64,000 bases of DNA, taken from assembly GCF_009914755.1 (NCBI RefSeq), contig NC_060947.1; one strand, given 5' to 3'. Of the stretch, positions 24,123-45,733 are shown in pieces. Positions within the stretch are counted from its first letter, which is position 1. Each line of letters starts with the position of its first letter. The DNA is from the human T2T-CHM13v2.0 reference genome, Homo sapiens. The translations under genes were made by a program, and so were the position numbers. The notes below the pieces were generated by a model, which saw only the letters and a list, made by a program, of their open reading frames with translations, made no database searches and was not told the DNA's origin.

Positions 24123-26235
24123 ATTTTCATTTTATTTCCATACGGTTTTCAGGAAAAGGTGGTGTTTGGTTACCTAGGTTCTTTAGTGGTGACTTGTGAG
24201 ATTTTGGTGCACCCATCACCCAAGCAGTATACACTGTACCCAATTTGTGGTCTTTCATCCCTCACCCCCTCCCAACCTTTTCCCCCAAGTCCCCAAAGTC
24301 CACCGTATCATTCTTATGCCTTTGCATCCTCATAGCTTAGCAACCATTTATGAGCGACAACATACAATGTTTGGTTTTCCATTCCTGAGTTACTTCACTT
24401 AGAGTAATGGTCTCCGATTCCATCCAGATTGCTGCAAATGCCACTATGTCATTCCTTTTTACAGCTGAGTGGTATTCCATGGTATATATACACACCACAA
24501 TTTTTTTACCCACTCACTGATTGATGGGCATTTGGGCTGGTTCCATATTTTTGCAATTGCAAAATTTGCTGCTATAAACATGCAAGTGCAAGTATCTTTT
24601 TCATATAATGACTTCTTTTCCTCTGGGTAGATACCTAGTAGTGGGATTGCTGGATCAAATGGTAGTTCTACTTTTAGTTCTTTAAGGGATCTCCACACTT
24701 CTCTTTTCCACGGTTTGTACTAGTTGCGCACTAGTGCTTTGTACTTGCTTACATTCCCACCAGCAGTGTAAGAGTGTTTCCTTTTCACCACATCCCCGCC
24801 AACATCTATTATTTTTTGATTATGGTCATTCTTGCAGGAGTAAGGTGGTATCACATTGTGGTTTTGATTTGCATTTCCCTGATCATTAGTGATGTTGAGC
24901 ATTTTTCATATGTTTGCTGGCCATTTGTATATCTTCTTTGAGAATTGTCTATTCATGTCCTTTGCCCATTTTTTCATGGGATTGTTTGTCTTTTTCTTGA
25001 TAATTTGTTTCAGTTCCTTGTAGATTCTGGATATTAGTCCTCTTTCGGATGTATAGATTGTGAAGACTTTTTCCCACTCTGTGACTTGCCTGTTTATGCT
25101 GCTGTCCATTCCTTTTGCTGTGCAGAAACTTTTTAGTTTAATTAAGTCCCACCTATTTATCATTGTTTTTGTTGCATTTGCTTTTGAGTTCTTGGTCATG
25201 AAGTCTTTGCCTAAGCCAATGTCTAGAAGGGTTTTTCCGATGTTATCTTCTAGAATTTTCATAGTTTCAGGTCTTAGATTTAAGTCCTTGATCCACCTTG
25301 AGTTGATTTTTGTATAAGGTGAGAGATGAGGATCCAGTTTCATTCTTCTACATGTGGCTTGTCAATTATCTCGGCACCCTTTGTTGAATAGGGTGTCCTT
25401 TCCCCACTTCAAGTTTTTGTTTGCTTTGTCAAAGATCAGTTAGGTGTCAGTATGTGGCTTTATTTCTGGGTTCTATATTCTGATCCATTGGTCTGTGTGC
25501 CTATTTCTATACCAGTACCATGCTGTTTTGGTGACTATGGCCTTGTAGTATGGTTTGAAGTCCGGCAATGTGATGCCTCCAGATTTGTTCTTTTTGCTTA
25601 GTCTTGCTTTGGCTATGCGGGCTCTTTTTTGGTTCCATATGAATCTTAGGATTGTCTTTTCTAGTTCTGTGAAGAATGATGGTGGTATTCTGATGGAAAT
25701 TGCATGGAATTTGTAGATTGCTTTTGGCAGTGTGGTCATTTTCACAATATTGATTCTACCCATCCATGAGCATGGGATGTGTTTCCATTTGTTGGTGTCA
25801 TCTATGATTTCTTTCAGCAGTGTTTTGTAGTTTTCCTTGTAAAGGTCTTTCACCTCCTTGGTTAGGTATAGTCCAAGTATTTTATTTTATTTTATTTTAT
25901 TTTATTTTATTTTATTTTATTTTATTTTTTCAGCTATTGTAAAAGGAGTTGAGTTCTTGATTTGATTCTCAGCTTGGTTGCTGTTGGTGTATAGCAGAGC
26001 TACTGATTTTTGTACATTAATTTTGTATCCTGAAAGTTTGCTGAATTTGTGTATCAGTTCCAGAAGCTTTTTTGGAGGAGTCTTTAGGGTTTTCCAGATA
26101 TACGATCATATCATCAACAAACAGTGACAGTTTGACTCCCTCTTTACTGATTTTGATGCCCTTTATTTATTTCTCTTGTCTGATTGCTCTGGCTAGGACT
26201 TCCAGTTCTACGTTGAATAGAAGTGGTGAGAGTGT
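24123..26235 (-). mobile_element. 5'-truncated L1 (L1PB1-like)
   Basis: ORF2 C-terminal peptides (e.g. 24906-25343, 25473-25853), L1PB-type 3'UTR, and TSD aga(cgt/tga)cctatagttc at 24107-24122 and 26236-26251. Confidence 0.9.
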
Positions 26236-26421
26236 AGATGACCTATAGTTCTGAAACAGTTTTCCCTGCTACTAAGTGGTCGAGGAAACCTAAATCTCAG
26301 TTTCTAGTGTCAGAGAGCCTGTTTGAGATCTTGGCGAATTGGGTGTCAGGGATCCTTATTGTCACCTATGGGCCTCTTTCATTTAAAGGCTTTATTTTGT
26401 GTTTGAATTTGGTAGACAATG

Positions 26422-27235
26422 GCACCTCCCCAAACTATTCAAAAAAATTAAAGAGGAGCGAATTCTCCCTAACCCATTCTATGAGGCTAGCATTACCCTG
26501 ATACCCCAACCAGACAAGGACACAACAAAAAAAGAAAACTACTGGCCGATATCCCTGATGAACTTAGATGCAAAAATCCTCAGCAAAATACTGGCAAGCC
26601 AAATCCAACGGCACATCAAAAAGAAAATACACCATGATCAAGTGTGATTTATTCCAGTGATGTAAGGATGGTTCAACATACAGAAATCAATAAACATGAT
26701 ACATCACATCAACAGAATAAAGGACAGAAACCATGTGATCATCTCAATAGACACAGAAAAAAACATTTGACAAAATTCAACTCCGCTTCATGATAAAAAA
26801 AAAAAAACTCTCAACAAAGTAGGCATAGAAGGACCACACCTTAAAATAATAAAGCCCATATGTGACAAACTCATAGCTAACATTATACTAAGTGGGGAAA
26901 AATTAAATGCCCTTCCACTAAGAATTAGAACAAGACAAGGATCCCCACTTTCACCACTTCTATTCAACACAGTACTGGAAGTCCTAGCCAGAGCCATCAG
27001 GCAAGAAAATGAAATAAAAGTCTTTCAAACTGGAAAAAAGGAAGTCAAAATATCCTTCCTTCCAGACAACATAATCTTATATCTAGAAAAAACAGAAGAA
27101 CCCCACCAGAAAACCGTTGGAACTGATCCAACACATTCAGTAAAGTTGCAGATACAAAATTGACATACAGAAATCAGTAGCAATTTCAGACACCAATTAT
27201 GAAATAGCTGAAACAGAAATCAAAAAGGCAACGCA
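26422..27235 (+). mobile_element. L1 ORF2 (RT-region) fragment
   Basis: [20 protein letters not shown]...[16 protein letters not shown] peptide. Confidence 0.85.
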
Positions 27236-27279
27236 CAAAGCAATGGGGTTACAAGCATGAGCCACTGTGCCCAGCAGAG

Positions 27280-28235
27280 AATTCTTTATATATTCTTAAC
27301 ACAAATGCTTTATCAAATATAAGCTTTGCAAATATTTTTTTCTCAGTCTGTGGTTTGTCTTTTCACACTCTTAACTTGGGTCTTTGCAAGAGCAAAAGTT
27401 TTTAATTTTGACAAAGTCCAATTTACCAGTTTTTTTCTTTATGGTGTTTTTTCTTTCTTTATCCTTTTAGTGTCAGATATAAGAATTTTTTGCCTAATCT
27501 ATTATCACAAAGATTGTCTCCTATATTTTCTTTTTCTTCCCCTTTTACTGACATGGAATAATTTACATACATGTGGGTACATGTGAGTGTTTTTTACATG
27601 CAAAGAATGTATAATGATCAAGTCAGGGTAACTGGAGTACCCATCACCTTGCGTGTTTATCGTTTTATGTGTTGGTATCATTTGAACCCCTCTCTTCTAG
27701 TTACTTGGAAATGTAAACAGTATTGGTTTTAAGAATAGTTGCCCTAATCCACTATCCAAACATTAGAACTTAATTCTTCTAACTGTGTGATGGTATCCAT
27801 AACCAACCTCTCTTCACACCCCCTTCCACCCTACCCAATCTCCCCAGTCTCTGGGATCTATCAGTCTATCCTCTATGTCCTTAAAATCAACTTTTTTCGC
27901 TCCCATGTGCAAGTGAGAACATGTGAAATTTGTCTTTCAGCACCTGGCTTATTTCACTTAACATGATGACTTCCAGTTCCATTCATGTTGCTGCAAATGA
28001 CGTGATTTTATTTTTTTCTGTGGTCAGATAGTATTCTATTGTGTGTATATACCACATTTTCTCCATACGTTCATCCACTGATGGGCACTTAGATTGATTC
28101 CATATCTTGGCTATTGTGAATAGTGCTGCTATAAACATGTGAGTGCAGGTATTCCTTTGATGTACTGATTTCTTTTCCTTTGGATAGATACCCAGCAGTG
28201 GGATTGCTGGGTTGTATGGTAGTTCTATTTTTCAT
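27280..28235 (-). mobile_element. L1M fragments (including an L1MA-type 3'UTR from ~27540)
   Basis: Antisense L1 3'UTR/ORF2 motifs (aatgatcaagtcagggta; cccagcagtgggattgctgg). Confidence 0.75.
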
Positions 28236-28239
28236 ATTT

Positions 28240-30898
28240 TGATCAGATCCTGCTGGTCGTTGCCTGGAAGTTATTTACACAAACGGGGTTTCCAGCCAGG
28301 ATTCAGCTGAACTTGTCACTGTATTGGATCTGAATCGTCAACTCAATAAGAGTGTGCATATCTGAGACCTCTTGTTGTCTCTACCTGTTCAAGGTGTCAT
28401 CTTACCCATGGCTGGTAGAAAGTTCATGCTGAATTAAGCTTTGAATCTCTTCATCGTTGGGTTTATTGAATCACTCCATCATTGGGTTTGTTTCAGTTTC
28501 CTAGGAATACAGTCTCTTGGGATTTGTTTGATTCACTGGTCAGATTTGTGTTGTTCCTTGGTGCAGTTGCTTTCTGGCCTTCTAAATCTGCTCTTATGGT
28601 CTGTCTGCTTGTTTAGTATCTTAAGTGCCATTTGTCTGTAAAATGATTACTGAGTGGGGGAGGATAGGCATAAACTCAGTAAGTCTGTCTGCAAGCCAGT
28701 CCCTTGGACTGAGAAGCTCAGACGATCTCCCAAGACCGTTTTTCTTCAGACGTATGTTGTCTCAGGTCACCATATCAAAACACTTTAAGGACCTTTTCCT
28801 TAGTCTTGTGTTTGTGTCAGTTTGCCAAAACTGCTTTGTTCAGTTTCACTTGCCCAGAAACAGCTGGTATTGTCTGGCCCCTGATGGGGGACAACTGGCC
28901 TTGCACCAAATTCCACAGACACTAAGTTACAAAAGCGCCATGCTTGTAGACTGCTGTTTCTTATGGGGTCATTCTATCTAAAACTGCATTTCTTCCAGGA
29001 CAAACACCTGTTTCCTTCATGTTTTCTCATTATAATGTTAGCGTATGTACTTGTCCCTAACGGACACAATTTCACTAGGGCCAATTTGAAAATTGCTATG
29101 GCCTTTTTTGGGACATCTTGACACGAATCAGATTTTTCATTTGACAGGTACCCTAAAAACAAAACAAAATGTGAATCAATCTTCATGAGGAGATTGTTTT
29201 TCCTGGCTGCCTAAATGAGAGATCATTTTGTTTAATATAGGAGTCAGTCCCATCTTCATTTCCATCACTTGGATTAATACATCCCAGCTCTTTATTCGCG
29301 TGGCTTGATAATATTGTCTAGGGCTTAAGTCCTCAAATCAGCCACACTGTCACTCTCTTTAGTGTGTATGTTTATCAAAATGTTTCTCTATATCTAAACT
29401 TTGTTTTCTCTCCTTACAGGAAGCCCTATAAAATGGACATAAATCTTAAAACCTTGACATCTTTTACTTGCATCCAGAGGTATGGCCATAATAAAAGTGG
29501 AGTTTAAACAAAAAATGCTTCCTGATATTTCTCACAATTGCAGAGATAAGTTGGCCATGATATTGAAGCATTCAATATTAGTTGAGTAATTTTAAGAATA
29601 TTGCCAAGAAAATTTCCAATACATATCTACCAGCTGAAGACACAATCCTGGCAAGACTATGCAGGCAAGACATGGGACAGAGCCACAAGCTCAAGGCCTC
29701 TTTGAACACCTCCAAATGGATTTTCCACAAGTGCCTTCAGCAGCGGTCCATAAATATGTTCTGGTTATTGGTTTTCGTTCTTAGGGTGGGTGCACTCTCT
29801 TAGTTGAACAGCTATGGCCGTCATGATTTTTAAAATTACTTTATATTCAAAAACTGGAGAATTCCAACTTATCTCTTCAGTAACATGGACACATATTTCA
29901 CTAGAAGTATTATTAAAGAATAATTTAACACCTTTTATTCAGAACTCCACTGTCCTTATCATCCGCAGACTGCAGAGAAAATAAAGAGAGCTAATGGAAT
30001 TCTCAACTTAGAATTTTCAAAGCTCTCAGGTATCCTTAAACTTCCAAGCACCGAACTATTTCCACTGGCCTTGATGACAATAAGATCAATCCCCCTCAGG
30101 ACCTGCAAGTTCTCTACTCTGGAGTTAATTATCAGACTGCCCCACACATTTGGAAATTGCTTCCAGTCGTACTTTCTGCCACACTACAGTCAATGTGTCT
30201 GAATACAAGAGATCATATGATGCTTCCAGGTGTTTCACCAAGTACAAGCTTCATTTCCAAAACCCCAGCTAAGAAGCTTCTGTAAGATCTGTAACTGGGA
30301 GATTTAGTCTTCTGGAAGTGACATAAAAGGAAAACTGCCCTTGAACCTCAATTAAAAAGACCTCATCAGACACTGCTAATAACTGACACAACAATAAAAC
30401 AACACGGAATAGATCCGGGAATCATACTTCCCAATTAGAAAAAAAATACATCATTTTGTCCCGACTACTGGAAGCCCATTCCATTAGGGAACCTCAAACT
30501 GAGGATTCTTAGAAATTCTTCAGAAACAGCTGATTTCAAAAATGGACAGATTCCGTCCAAGACTATAGAATGAACCACCTACTTCGGAAGTGGACAACTT
30601 CTGCCCAAAACTGCAGAACGAGGTTAATTTTCTGATTTTTTTTCCCAGCACTTTTTTCACCTGTCCTATGGCCTATCATGTTGTGTCACCCTCTGGAACA
30701 TTAACATGATCTTTTTATCTTTTTTCTGCCCCCGCTATGGTTTTCTTCTACCACTTAAGAAAAAAGCAAAACTCTTTTGTACTTTTTCCCAGACTCTAGC
30801 TATTGCTCTGAAGTTCACTGGTTCTAGGATTTATAGTCCCTTGTTCTCCTTTCTGGCCAAAATTTAATAGCCATCCCTTTAAACAGTTCAAAAGGTAG
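28240..30898 (+). mobile_element. ERV1 internal region (leader, gag, integrase, env start), MER31/MER34-group
   Basis: Integrase motifs GLFEHLQMDF (~29695) and ELHCPYHPQTAEKIKRANGILN...LPSTELFPLALMTIRSIP (~29940-30095). A gag-MA-like TPVSFMFSHY...LLWP lies near 29000-29110. Confidence 0.8.
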
Positions 30899-31210
<312 letters not shown>

Positions 31211-34013
31211 CTAATAGGAACAGCTCCAGTCTGCAGCTCCCAGCAAGATCGATGCAGAAGATGGGTGATTTCTGCATTTCCAACTGAGGTGCCTGGTTCA
31301 TCTCATTGGGACTGGTTGAACAGTGGGTATAGCCCACTGGGGGTGAACTGAAGCAGGGCAGGGCGTTGACTCACCCAGGAAGCACAAGGGGTCGGGGGAT
31401 TTCCCTTTCCTAGCCAAAGGAAGCCATGACAGACCGTACATGGAGAAACGGTGCACTCCTGACCAAATACTGCACTTTTCCCACGGTCTCAGCAACCGGC
31501 AGATCAGGAGATACCCTCCCATGCCTGGCTCGGTGGGTCCCATGCCCACGGAGCCTTGCTCACTGCTAGCGCAGCAGTCTAAGATCAACCTGCTATGCTG
31601 CAGCTTGACGGGGGGAGAGGCGTCCACCACTGCTGAGCCTTGAGTAGCTTACCGTGTAAACAAAGCAGCTGGGAATCACAAACTGTGTGGAGCCCACTGC
31701 AGCTCAGCAAGGCCTACTGTCTTTATAGATTCCACCTCTGGGGGCAGGGCATATCTGAACAAAAGGCAGCAGACAGCTTCTGCGGACTTAAACATCCCTG
31801 TCAGACAGCTCTGAAGAGAGGAGTGGTTATCTCAGCATGGCATTCAAGCTCCAAGAATGGACAGACTGCCTCCTCAAGCTGGTCCCTGACCCCTGTGTAG
31901 CCTGACTGGGAAACACCTCCCAGTAGGGGCCAACAGACACCTCAAGCAGGCAGGTGCTCTTCTAGGACGAAGCTTCCAGAGGAAGGATCAGGCAGCAATA
32001 TTTGCTGTTCTGCAGTCTCCCCTGGTGATACCTAGGCAAACAGGGTCTGGAGTGGACCTCCAGCAAACTCCAGTAGACCTGCAGCTGAGGAGTCTGACTG
32101 TTCAAAGGAAAGGTAACAAACAGAAAGGAATAGCAACAACATCAACAAAAAGGACATCCACACCAAGATCCCATCTGTAGGTCACCAACATCAAAGACCA
32201 AAGGTAGATAAAACCACAAAGATGGGGAGAAACCAGAACGGAAAAGCTGAAAATTCCCAACACCAGAGTGCCTCTTCTCCTCTAAAGGATTGCAGCTCCT
32301 CACCAGCAGCAGAACAAAACTGGATGGAGAATGAGTTTAACAAGTTGACAGAAGTAGGCTTCAGAAGGTCAGTAACAACAAACTTCTCTGAGCTAAAGGA
32401 GCATGTTCTAGCCTATCACAAGGAAGCTAAAAACCTTGAAAAAAGGTTAGTCGGATGGCTAAACTAGAATAAACAGTGTAGAGAAGAGCTTAGATGACCT
32501 GATGGAGCTGAAAACCATGGCACGAGAACTTTGTGATGCATTTACAAGCTTCAATAACCGATTCAATCAAGTGGAAGAAAGGATATCAGTGATTGAACAT
32601 CAAATTATTGAAATAAAGAGAGAAGACAAGATTAGAGAAGAAAGAGTGAAAACAAAAGAACAAAGCCTCCAAGAAATAATGAGACTATGTGAAAAGACCA
32701 AATCTACATTTGATTCGTGTACCGGAAAGGGATGGGGAGAATGAAACCAAGTTAGAAAACACTCTTCAGGATATTATCCAGGAGAACTTCCCTAACCTAG
32801 CAAGGCAGGCCAACATTCAAATTCAGGAAATACAGAGAACACCACAGAGATACTCCTTGAGAAGAGCAACCCCAAGACACATGATTGTCAGACTCACCCA
32901 GGTTGAAATGAAGGAAAATATGTTAAGGGCAACCAGAGAGAAAGGTCAGGTTACCCACAAAGGGAAGCTGGTCAGACTAACAGTGGCTCTCTTGGCAGAA
33001 ACCCTACAAGCCAGAAGAGAGTGGGGGCCAATGTTCAACTTTTTTAAAGAAAAGAATTTTCAACCCAGAATCTCACATCCAGCCAAATTAAGCTTCATAC
33101 GTGAAGGAAAAATAAAATCTCTTACAGACAAGCAAATGCTGGGAGATTCTGTCACCACCAGGCCTGCCTTACAAGAGCTCCGGAAGGAAGCACTAAACAT
33201 GGAAAGGAACAACCGGTATCAGCCACTGCAAAAACATGCCAAATTGTAGAGACCATCAAAGCTATGAAGAAACTGCATCAATTAACGGGCAACATAACCA
33301 GCTAACATCATAATGACAGGATCAAATCCACACATAACAATATTTAGCTTAAATGTAAATGGGCTAAATGCCCCAATTAACAGATACAGACTGGCAAATT
33401 GGATAAAGAGTCAAGATCCATTGGTGTGCTCTATTCAGGAGACCCATCTCATGTGCAAAGACACATAAAGGCTCAAAATAAAGGGATGGAGGAAGATCTA
33501 CCAAGCAAATGCAAAGCAAAAAAAAGTAGGGGTTGCAATCCTAGTCTCTGATAAAACAGACTTTAAAGCAACAAAGATCAAAAAAGACAAAGAAGGCCAT
33601 TCCATAATGGTAAAGGGATCAATTAAACAAGAAGAGCTAACTATCCTAAATATATAAGCACCCAGTACAGGAGCACCCAGATTCATAGAGCAAGTGAGAC
33701 CTACAAAGAGACTTAGACTCCCACACAATAATAATGGGAAACTTTAACACCCCCCTGTCAATATTAGACAGAACAACAAGACTGAAGGTTAACAAGGATA
33801 TCCAGGACTTGAACTCACTTCTGGACCAAGTGGACTTAATAGACATCTACTGAAGTCTCCACACCAAATCAACAGAATATACATTCTTCTCAGCACCACA
33901 TCGCACTTATTCCAGAATTGACCCACATAATTGGAAGTAAAGCACTCCTCAGCAAATGTAAAAGAACAGAAATCACCACAAACAGTCTCTCAGACCACAG
34001 TGCAATCAAATTA

Positions 34014-34283
<270 letters not shown>

Positions 34284-34453
34284 TCATATTTCCTTGAGCA
34301 GTGGTATGTAGTTGTCCTTGAAGAGGTCCTTCACATCCCTTGTTAAGTTGGATTCCTAGGTATTTTATTCTCTTTGAAGCAATTGTGAACGGGAGTTCAC
34401 TCATGATTTGGCTCTCTGTTTGTCTGTTATTGGTGTATAAGACTGCTAAAACA

Positions 34454-37251
<2,798 letters not shown>

Positions 37252-37943
37252 TGAACAATCAGAACACTTGGACACAGGAAGGGGAACATCACACACCAGG
37301 GCCTGTTGTGGGGTGGGGGAAGTGGGGAGGGAAAGCATTAGGAGATATACCTACTGTAAAATGACGAGTTAATGGGTGCAGCACACCAACATGGCACATG
37401 TATACATATGTAACAAACCTGCATGTTCTGCACAGGTACCCTAGAACTTAATGCATAATAAAAAAAATTAATGTCAACGTAAAAAAAAAAATAAATAAAC
37501 TCACTCAAAACCACACAACTACATGGAAACTGAACAACCTACTCCTGAGTGACTACTGGGGGTAAAATAACGCAATGAAGACAGAAATAAAGGTGTTCTT
37601 TGAAACCAATGAGAACAAAGACACAACATACCAGAATCTCTGGGACACATTTAAAGCAGTGCGTAGAGGGAAATTTATAGCACTAAATACCCTCAAGGGA
37701 AAGGAGGAAAGATCTAAAATCAACACCCTAACATCAGGATTAAAAGACCTAGAGAAGCAAGAGCAAACAAATTCAAAAGCCAGCAGAAGGTAAGAAATAA
37801 GTAAGATCAGAGAAGAATTGAAGGAGATAGAGACACAAAATCCCTTCAAAAAAAAAATCAAAGAATCCAGGAGCTGGTTTTTTGAAAAGATCAACAAAAT
37901 AGATAGACCACTAGCAAAACTCATAAAGAAGAAAAGAGAGAAG

Positions 37944-39387
<1,444 letters not shown>

Positions 39388-39794
39388 TAACTCTATGCAA
39401 ATAAACTAGGAATCTAGAAGAATAAATTCCTGGACACATACACCCTCCCAAGTCTAAACCAGGTAGCAGTTGAATCCCTGAATAGACCAACAACAGGTTC
39501 TGAAATTGAGGCAATAATTAGTAGCCTACCAACCAAAAAAAGTCCAGGACTAGACGATTCACAGTCGAATTCTACCAGAGGTAAAAAGAGGAGCTGGTAC
39601 CATTCCTTCTGAAACTATTTCAATCAATAGAAAAAGAGGGAATCCTCCCTAACTCATTTTATGAGACCAGCATCATCCTGATCCAAAGCCTGGCAGAGAC
39701 ACAACAAAAAAAAAAAAAAAAGAGAGAGAATCTTAGGCCAATATCCCTGATGAACATCTGTGTGAAAATCCTCAGTAAAATACTGGCAAATTGA

Positions 39795-39884
<90 letters not shown>

Positions 39885-42152
39885 TAAACGTAATCCATCA
39901 CATAAACAGAACCAACGACAAAAACCACATTATTATCTCAATAGATGCAGAAAACATCTTTGACAGAATTCAACAGCCCTTCATGCTAAAAACTCTCAAT
40001 AAACTAGGTATTCATGGAACGTATCTCAAAATAGTAAGAGCTATTTATGACAAACCCACAGCCAGTATCATACTGAATGGGCAAAAACTGGAAGCATTCC
40101 CTTTGAAAACTCGCACAAGACAGGGATGCCCTCTCTCACCACTCCTATTCAACATAATGTTGGAAGTTCTGGCTAGGGCAATCAGGGAAGAGAAAGAAAT
40201 AAAGGTATTCAGTTAGGAAAAGAGAAAGTCAAATTGTCTCAGTTTGCAGATGACATGATTGTATATTTAGAAAATCCCATCATCTCAGTCCAAAACCTCC
40301 TTAAGCTGATAAACAACTTCAGCAAAGTCTCAGGATACAAAATCAATGTGCAAAAGTCACAGGCATTCCTATACACCACTAATGGACAAACAGAGAGCCA
40401 AATCATGAGTGAACTCCCATTCACAATTACTACAAAGAGAACAAAATACCTAGGAATGCAACTCACAAGGATGTGAAGGACCTCTTCAAGGAGAACTACA
40501 AACCACTTCTCAACAAAATAAAAGAGGACACAAAGAAATGGAAGAACATTCCATGCTCAAGGATAGGAAGAATCAATATGGTGAAAATGGCCATACTGCC
40601 CAAGGTAATTTGTAGATTCAATGCTATCCCCATCAAGCTACCACTGATTTTCTTCACAGAATTAGAAAAAAATACATTAAAGTTCATATGGAACGAAAAA
40701 TGATCCCGCATAGCCAAGAAAATCCTAAGCAAAAAGAACAAAGCTGGAGGCATCACACTACCTGACTTCAAACTATACTACAAGGCTACAGTAACCAAAA
40801 CAGCATGGTACCAAAACAGATAAACAGACCAATGGAACGGGACAGAGACCTCAGAAACAACATCACACATCTACAACCATCTAATCTTTTACAAACCTGA
40901 CAAAAACAAGCAATGGGGAAAGGATAGCCTATTTAATAAATGGTGCTGGGAAAACTGGCTAGCCATATGTAGAAAGCTGAAACTGGATCCCTTCCTTACA
41001 CCTTATACAAAAATTAACTCAAGATGGATTAAAGACTTAAATGTAAGACCTAACACCATAGAAACCCTAGAAGAAAACCTAGGCAATACCCTTCAGAACA
41101 TAGGCATGGGCAAAGACTTCATGACTACAACACCAAAAGCAATGGCAACAAAAGCCAAAATTGACAAATGGGATCTAATTAAACTAAAGGGTTTCTGCAC
41201 AACAAAAGAAACTACCATCAGAGTGAACAGGCAACCTAAAGAATGGGAGAAAATCTTTGCAATCTACCCATCTGACAAAAGGCTAACATCCAGAATCTAC
41301 AAAGAACTTAAACAAATTTATAAGAAAAAGACCAAACAACCCCATCAAAAAGTGGGCAAAAGATATGAACAGACACTTCTCAAAAGAAGACATGTATGCA
41401 GCCAACAGACATATGAAAAAATGCTCATCATCACTGGTCGTCAGAGAAATGCAACTCAAAACCACAGTGAGATACCATGTCACACCAGTTAGAATGGCGG
41501 TCATTAAAATGTCAGGAAACAACAGATGCTGGAGATGATGTGGAGAAATAGGAATGCTTTTACGCTGTTTGTGGGAGTGTAAATTAGTTCAACCATTGTG
41601 GAAGACAGTGTGGCGATTCCTCAAGGATCTAGAACTAGCGATCTTGACCCAGCGATCCCATTACTGGGTATATACCCAAAGGATTATAAATCATGCTACT
41701 TATAAAGACGTATGTTCACGTATGTTTATTGTGGCACTATTCACAATAGTAAAGACTTGGAACCAACCCAAATGTCCAACAATGATAGACTGGATTAGGA
41801 AAATGTGGCACATATAGACCACAGAATACTATGCAGCCATAAAAAAGGATGAGTTCACGTCCTTTGCAGTGACATGGATGAAGCTGGAAACCATCATTCT
41901 CAGCAAACTATCACAAAGACAGAAAACCAAACACCACATGTTCTTACTCACAGGTGGGAGTTGAACAATGAGAACACGTGGACACAGGGCAGGGAACATC
42001 ACACACCAGGGCCTGTCAGGGGGTGGAGGGATGGGGGAGGGATAGCATTAAGAGAAATATCTAATGTAAATGACGAGTTGATGGGTGCGGCAAACCAACA
42101 TGGCACATGTATACCTATGTAACAAACCTGTACGTTGTGCACATGTACCCTA

Positions 42153-42487
<335 letters not shown>

Positions 42488-42523
42488 GTAAATAAATAAA
42501 TTAAATTGACCAAAAAAAGTAGG

Positions 42524-43824
<1,301 letters not shown>

Positions 43825-44905
43825 TTGAGAGATCTCCTTGATACTGATTTCTATTTTTATTGTACTGTGGTCCAAGAGTACACTTGGTATGATTTAAATT
43901 TTTTTTAATTTATTGAGACTTGCTTTATGACTGACCATGTGGTTGATCTTAGAATATATTCTGTGTGCACATGAGAAGAATGTGGATTCTGTGGTTGTTG
44001 GGTGGAGTGTTTCGTAGATGTCTATTAGGTCCAAATGGTCAAGTGTCAAGTTTAAGTCCAGGGTTTCTTGGTTAGTGTTCTGCCTCAGTAATCTGTCTAA
44101 TGCTGTCAGTGGGGTGTTGAACACTCCCACTACTATTGTGTGGTTGTCTAAGTCTTCTGATAGGTCAAGAAGAACTCATTTTATGCATCTGGGCTCTCCA
44201 ATGTTGAGTGCATATATATTTAAGATAGCTAAGGCTTCCTGTTGGATTGTTATTGTTTGTAATGCCCTTCATTGTCCTTCTTAATTTCTATTGGTTTAAA
44301 GTCTGTTTTATCTGAAATAAGAAGAGGGACTCATGTTCCTTTTTGTTTTCCATTTGCATGGTAGATCTTCCTCCACCCTTTTACTTTGAGCCTGTGGGTG
44401 TCGTTGCATGTGAGATGGGTCTCTTGAAGGCAGCAGATGGTTGGGTCTTGTCCTTTTGTCCAGCCTGCCACTCTGTGCCTTTTCAGTGGGGTGTTTAGCC
44501 CATTTACATTCAAGGTTAGTATTCATATACGGGATTTTGATCCTGTCATCATGATGCCTGGTGGTTGTTATGTGGACTTGACTGCGTAGTTGCTTTATAC
44601 TGCCTGTGTGCTATGTGCTTAAGGGTGCTTTTGTGGTAGCAGGTGTCATTATTTTGATTCCATGTTTAGCACTCCCTTAAGAACCTCTTGTAATGCTGGC
44701 CTAGTGGAAATGTATTCCCTCAGCATTTGCTTGTCCGAGAAGGATTTTATTTCTCCTTCACTTATGAAGCTTTGTTTGGCAGCATGTGAAATTCTTGGCT
44801 GGAACTTCTTTTCAGTAAGGACACTGAAATTAGACCCCCAATCTTTTCTGGCTTGTAAGGTTTCTACTGATAGGACTGCTGCTAGCCTGATGGGGTTACC
44901 TCTGT
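43825..44905 (-). mobile_element. L1 fragment (ORF1 end/EN)
   Basis: NVNGLNTPLKRHR...ICCLQETHL and GVFNTPL peptides. Confidence 0.88.
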
Positions 44906-45733
44906 AACTACACTATAAAGCCACAGGAACCAAAACAGCTTGATACTGATAAAAAAAAAAAAAAAGACACATAGACCAATGGAACAGAATGGAAAACTCA
45001 GAAATAGAGCTGCACACCTACAACCATCTGAACTTTGACAAGGCTGGCAAACACATGCAATGAGGAAAGGACTCGACTCCCTATTCAATAAATGATGGTG
45101 GGATAACTGGCTAGCCACTTGCAGAAAATTGAATCTGGACCCCCCCACTTTTCACCACATACAAAAATAAACACAAGGTGGATCAAAGATTCAAATGTAA
45201 CACCCCAAACCATAAGAATCCTGGAGGACAACTTAGGAAACACTCTTCTGGACATCAGCCTTGGCAAAGAATTTTTGACTAAGTCTCCAGATTTAATTGC
45301 AACAAAAACAAAAATTGACACCCCAAGACCGAATTAAACTGAAGAGCTTCTACACAGCAAAAGAAGCCAGCACCAGAGTAAACAGACAGCCTACAGAATG
45401 AGAGAAGATATTAGCAAACAATGCATGTGACAACGGCCTAATATCCAGAATCTATAGGGAACTTAAACAAATCAACAAGTAAAACACAAATAGCCCCATT
45501 TAAAAAAAAAAAAAACAGGCAAAGGACATGAACAGACACTTCTCAAAGGAAGATGTATAAGCGGCCAACAAACATGAAAACATGCTCAGCATCACTAATC
45601 ATCTGAGAAATGCAAATCAAAACCACCATGAGACATCATCTCACACCAGTCAGAATGGCTATTACTAAACTGTCCAAAAACGATAGATGGTGGCGAGGCT
45701 GCAGTGAAAAAGGAACGCCTATACACTGTTGGT
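44906..45733 (+). mobile_element. L1 ORF2 3' fragment
   Basis: FSPHTKINTRWIKD...LEDNLGNTLLDISLGKEFLTK. Confidence 0.85.
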
